Source: Lingula anatina (Eukaryota; Animalia; Brachiopoda). Taken from it: a DNA stretch of 64,000 nt. Within the stretch, counting starts at the first letter, position 1; every line of letters begins with the position of its first letter. The notes beneath the pieces are model-generated. The model searched no databases. It worked only from the letters and a program-made list of their open reading frames with translations, and had not been told where the DNA came from. Both the position numbers and the translations under genes were made by a program. Where the stretch lies: positions 12,994,644 through 13,058,643 of the forward strand of contig CM120643.1 of the NCBI GenBank assembly GCA_051362555.1, given 5' to 3'. Of the stretch, positions 62,401-64,000 are shown piece by piece.

Positions 62401-63965
62401 CGTACGGTTTTTTGTTAAAATCTCTTAAGAGATTTTAACTGACGGAGCTCTCTCTGACATCGCATAGTCACTGTTGACCTACTTAAAACCGCGGGAAAAG
62501 CAGACAACAACAACACTATATATGATTCATGAGATATATTCGTCTTTTTGTTAAAAATACATTAATATCCACAATGTGTGCCATTCTGGGCTTTTCGTTA
62601 TCCGACGCACTGTACAAAAACTCGCAACTTACGTCTGCGTCCGCATTAATGCGTTTGGCGCCATATGTTATTTTGGTCTCGAATGAACGCGAGAATCCGC
62701 GTGACACCATTACGTCATTAGCAACGAATGCCTTGATGAAAGCATCGAAAGCCCTATTGACAAGCACAGATTTTAGTTTTACTGCAATAACGGCCGTTTT
62801 AGTGGTAAAATACAATAGAATATATTTCCATGGGTTGTTTACAATGTATTTCATGCGGAATTTTGAATCTCAAAGGAAGAGTTATTATTGCTTTAAGTAA
62901 AGAGTTATCAAAAGCAATAACCAATTATATTAATTCATAATTTTTCCCTATCGAGCCTCACCTAGTACATATAAGTGGGTGTGTCTGTGCTGGCGTGGCC
63001 CACTCCTCTTTACTCCAGGGGGCCGTGTCAAAGAGCAGAAAGTCTGTGGCAGTCACAGCCATGAATACTGGTTTCCAGGTGGGATTTCCTTGCTCATTGT
63101 GGACCTGTAACTCATGATAAGGACCTGGTCAGTCATTTAGAATGCCACGTCTTTTCGTACATTTCAGATGGAACTAACAACGTCAGGTACTTTTATTTGA
63201 GATTTTTTTTTTAAAGCTTGAAATGGAAAAGATTACTAGCTTTGCAGGATATGTAGACATAGAGAACAGGACATTTGGAAGTCTTCAAGGGCATACAGTG
63301 TACCTTTAAGAAGACACCCCGCCTCAACACAGGCAGGATTTTAGGTTTTAGCAGCCAAGGGGTTTTGGCCGCTTTATGATGGTAAACTGACCAAAAAAAA
63401 AAAAAAAAAAAAAAATACAAGCTCAAATTTAAATCTTTTAACAGAAGACAAAAAAATATTTACAAGCTCCAATTTAAATCTTTAAACAGAAGACAAAAAA
63501 AAAAAAAAAAAAAACTCACACACATACACACATCTGCAAGCAGCAGACATCTCACCTGTTCAGCTAGCCAGCCCATGTGCTTGACTTGCTGGACATTAGG
63601 TCCTGTGCTTAGCAGCTTGTTAACCTCTGCTATAGTCTGTATTGTCAACAGTGCTGCATTGGTATGTATTGCATTGTACCAGCTATCAGCACTACTTGCA
63701 TCCTCCGCACGTATGATACACGAACTCTTCCCATCCGGGGAATGCATTTCTAATGTTCTGTTATCAGCATCAGGCATAGTCAGATTTCTACACAAGTAGC
63801 ACATTTTTAAAGGAATTGTCTTTTTCTCTTTCCATGGAGACTGAGGGTGGTTCTCTTTTATTGGTGATGTGTCTCCTGCACCAATATTTGTATGTTGTCC
63901 CCATCCTAGATCGTTGAGACCTGTGGCTTTGCGGAAATATGGGGTCACTTCTCTAAGGTATTTCA
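47018..63965 (-). CDS. SNTB1: Syntrophin, alpha/beta type (SNTB1-like): 3' five coding exons (end of PDZ, split PH, PH2, SU domain); the 5' part lies beyond the window
   Basis: Exons 63556-63965 ([11 protein letters not shown]...[12 protein letters not shown]...KHMGWLAEQ), 62962-63104, 61272-61468 (RLVHSG...[19 protein letters not shown]), 47489-47682 ([21 protein letters not shown]), 47018-47110 ([30 protein letters not shown]). Phases consistent. The symbol names the nearest vertebrate family member only. Confidence 0.93.
49332..49502. mobile_element. Short GC-rich MITE-like repeat with CAGG...CCYG ends (hAT-like); relatives at ~43886-44009 and ~20672-20790 (inverted, partial)
   Basis: Imperfect TIRs CAGGCCTGTAGCCA / TGGCCACGGGCCCG and a shared core AAAAGGTYCA...TTTGAAATTG. 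No clean TSD seen. Confidence 0.55.
49987..50115. repeat. Inverted repeat with 27-bp arms, probably a MITE remnant
   Basis: AGAAAGTTTTCATTTATGACAGATCCA ... TGGATCTATCATAAATGAAAACTTTCT (1 mismatch). Confidence 0.7.
51240..51484. mobile_element. PIF/Harbinger MITE related to family A, almost fully palindromic
   Basis: TAA|GACCCCATTCCCATACCTAGATCGATCTAGCA...TGCTAGATCAAACTAGGTATGGGAATGGGTTC|TAA. The arms pair imperfectly over ~100 bp. Confidence 0.82.
52801..53350. repeat. ~550-bp direct repeat, copy 1
   Basis: Colinear with 57838-58406. The last ~190 bp are nearly identical, giving ORF-track pair 53150/58203. Confidence 0.92.
53688..54062. mobile_element. TTAA-flanked family B element nested in the AACAAGGCAGC repeat
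   Basis: TTAA|AGATGCATAC...GTATGTATCT|TTAA; reverse-complement match to 39014-39390. Confidence 0.8.
54620..54990. repeat. Degenerate tandem repeat (~90-150-bp units, 3 copies) just upstream of the nested peptide gene
   Basis: AATTCAAATGTKACTTTT.CTGTTTTYATAAGATCATTA and CTGAAAAACAGACAACTACA each occur three times. Confidence 0.8.
55103..56752 (+). CDS. Nested antisense gene: 98-aa secreted cysteine-rich peptide (signal peptide plus 72-aa mature part with 10 Cys), 3 exons
   Basis: Exons 55103-55214 (CAG/GTAAAT), 56153-56249 (TTACAG/ ... /GTATGT), 56665-56752 (TTTCAG/ ... TAG). Intron phases 1 and 2 match exactly. Product: [98 protein letters not shown]. (TA)n/TATAAG ~45 bp upstream of the ATG; AATAAA at ~57003 and ~57080. 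Confidence 0.8.
57838..58406. repeat. ~570-bp direct repeat, copy 2
   Basis: Colinear with 52801-53350. Confidence 0.92.
58593..61070 (-). pseudogene. Possible decayed multi-exon coding relic of unknown family inside the syntrophin intron
   Basis: Blocks of non-repetitive, less AT-rich sequence bounded by plausible AG/GT sites (~60526-61070, 60041-60352, ~59730-59874, ~59031-59332, ~58593-58872). They give protein-like frames broken by a few stops and frameshifts. No family recognised. Confidence 0.25.
61788..62013. mobile_element. PIF/Harbinger MITE, family A
   Basis: High similarity to 27409-27623 (TAGATCGACCTAACTCCCTGGGGGTTCA...CAGGGATAGATCGATCTAAAA); 3-bp TAT on both flanks. Confidence 0.8.
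62272..62892. mobile_element. TTAA-flanked family C element (Kolobok-like), longer copy
   Basis: TTAA|AGTCATAATAACTCTT...AAGAGTTATTATTGCT|TTAA. The left ~70 bp is the reverse complement of the right end of 39786-40115. Confidence 0.75.
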
Positions 63966-64000
63966 CTGAAAAAATAAATAAATAAATAAAAAATGAAGGA

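Noticed and set aside
62516-62900. Overlapping antiparallel ORFs of 112 and 123 aa
   Set aside because: They lie within a TTAA-flanked TIR element and show no transposase or other motif I can recognise.

Overview
AT-rich eukaryotic (animal, probably a lophotrochozoan/mollusc-like invertebrate; inferred) genomic window with GT-AG spliced genes. Bases 1-19.4 kb are a tandem satellite of ~347-378-bp monomers (~53 copies) with higher-order structure; it explains every ORF listed there. It abuts the 3' end of an 18-coding-exon MCM4 gene (minus), which is head-to-head with a mitochondrial malonyl-CoA:ACP transacylase gene (MCAT, plus) across an E2F-site promoter. Next are a 6-exon secreted PAN/apple-FN3-fibrinogen-domain gene (minus) and the 3' five coding exons of an alpha/beta-type syntrophin (minus). 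Inside the 13.6-kb syntrophin intron, and absent from the ORF track, is an intact 3-exon antisense gene for a 98-aa signal-peptide protein with 10 Cys in the mature part, bracketed by ~550-bp direct repeats. MCM4 introns carry a tandem array of duplicated splice-acceptor/exon-start units and a decayed duplicate exon. Several non-autonomous DNA transposon families with TIRs and TSDs are present. All gene models were assembled by hand; no database searches were run.
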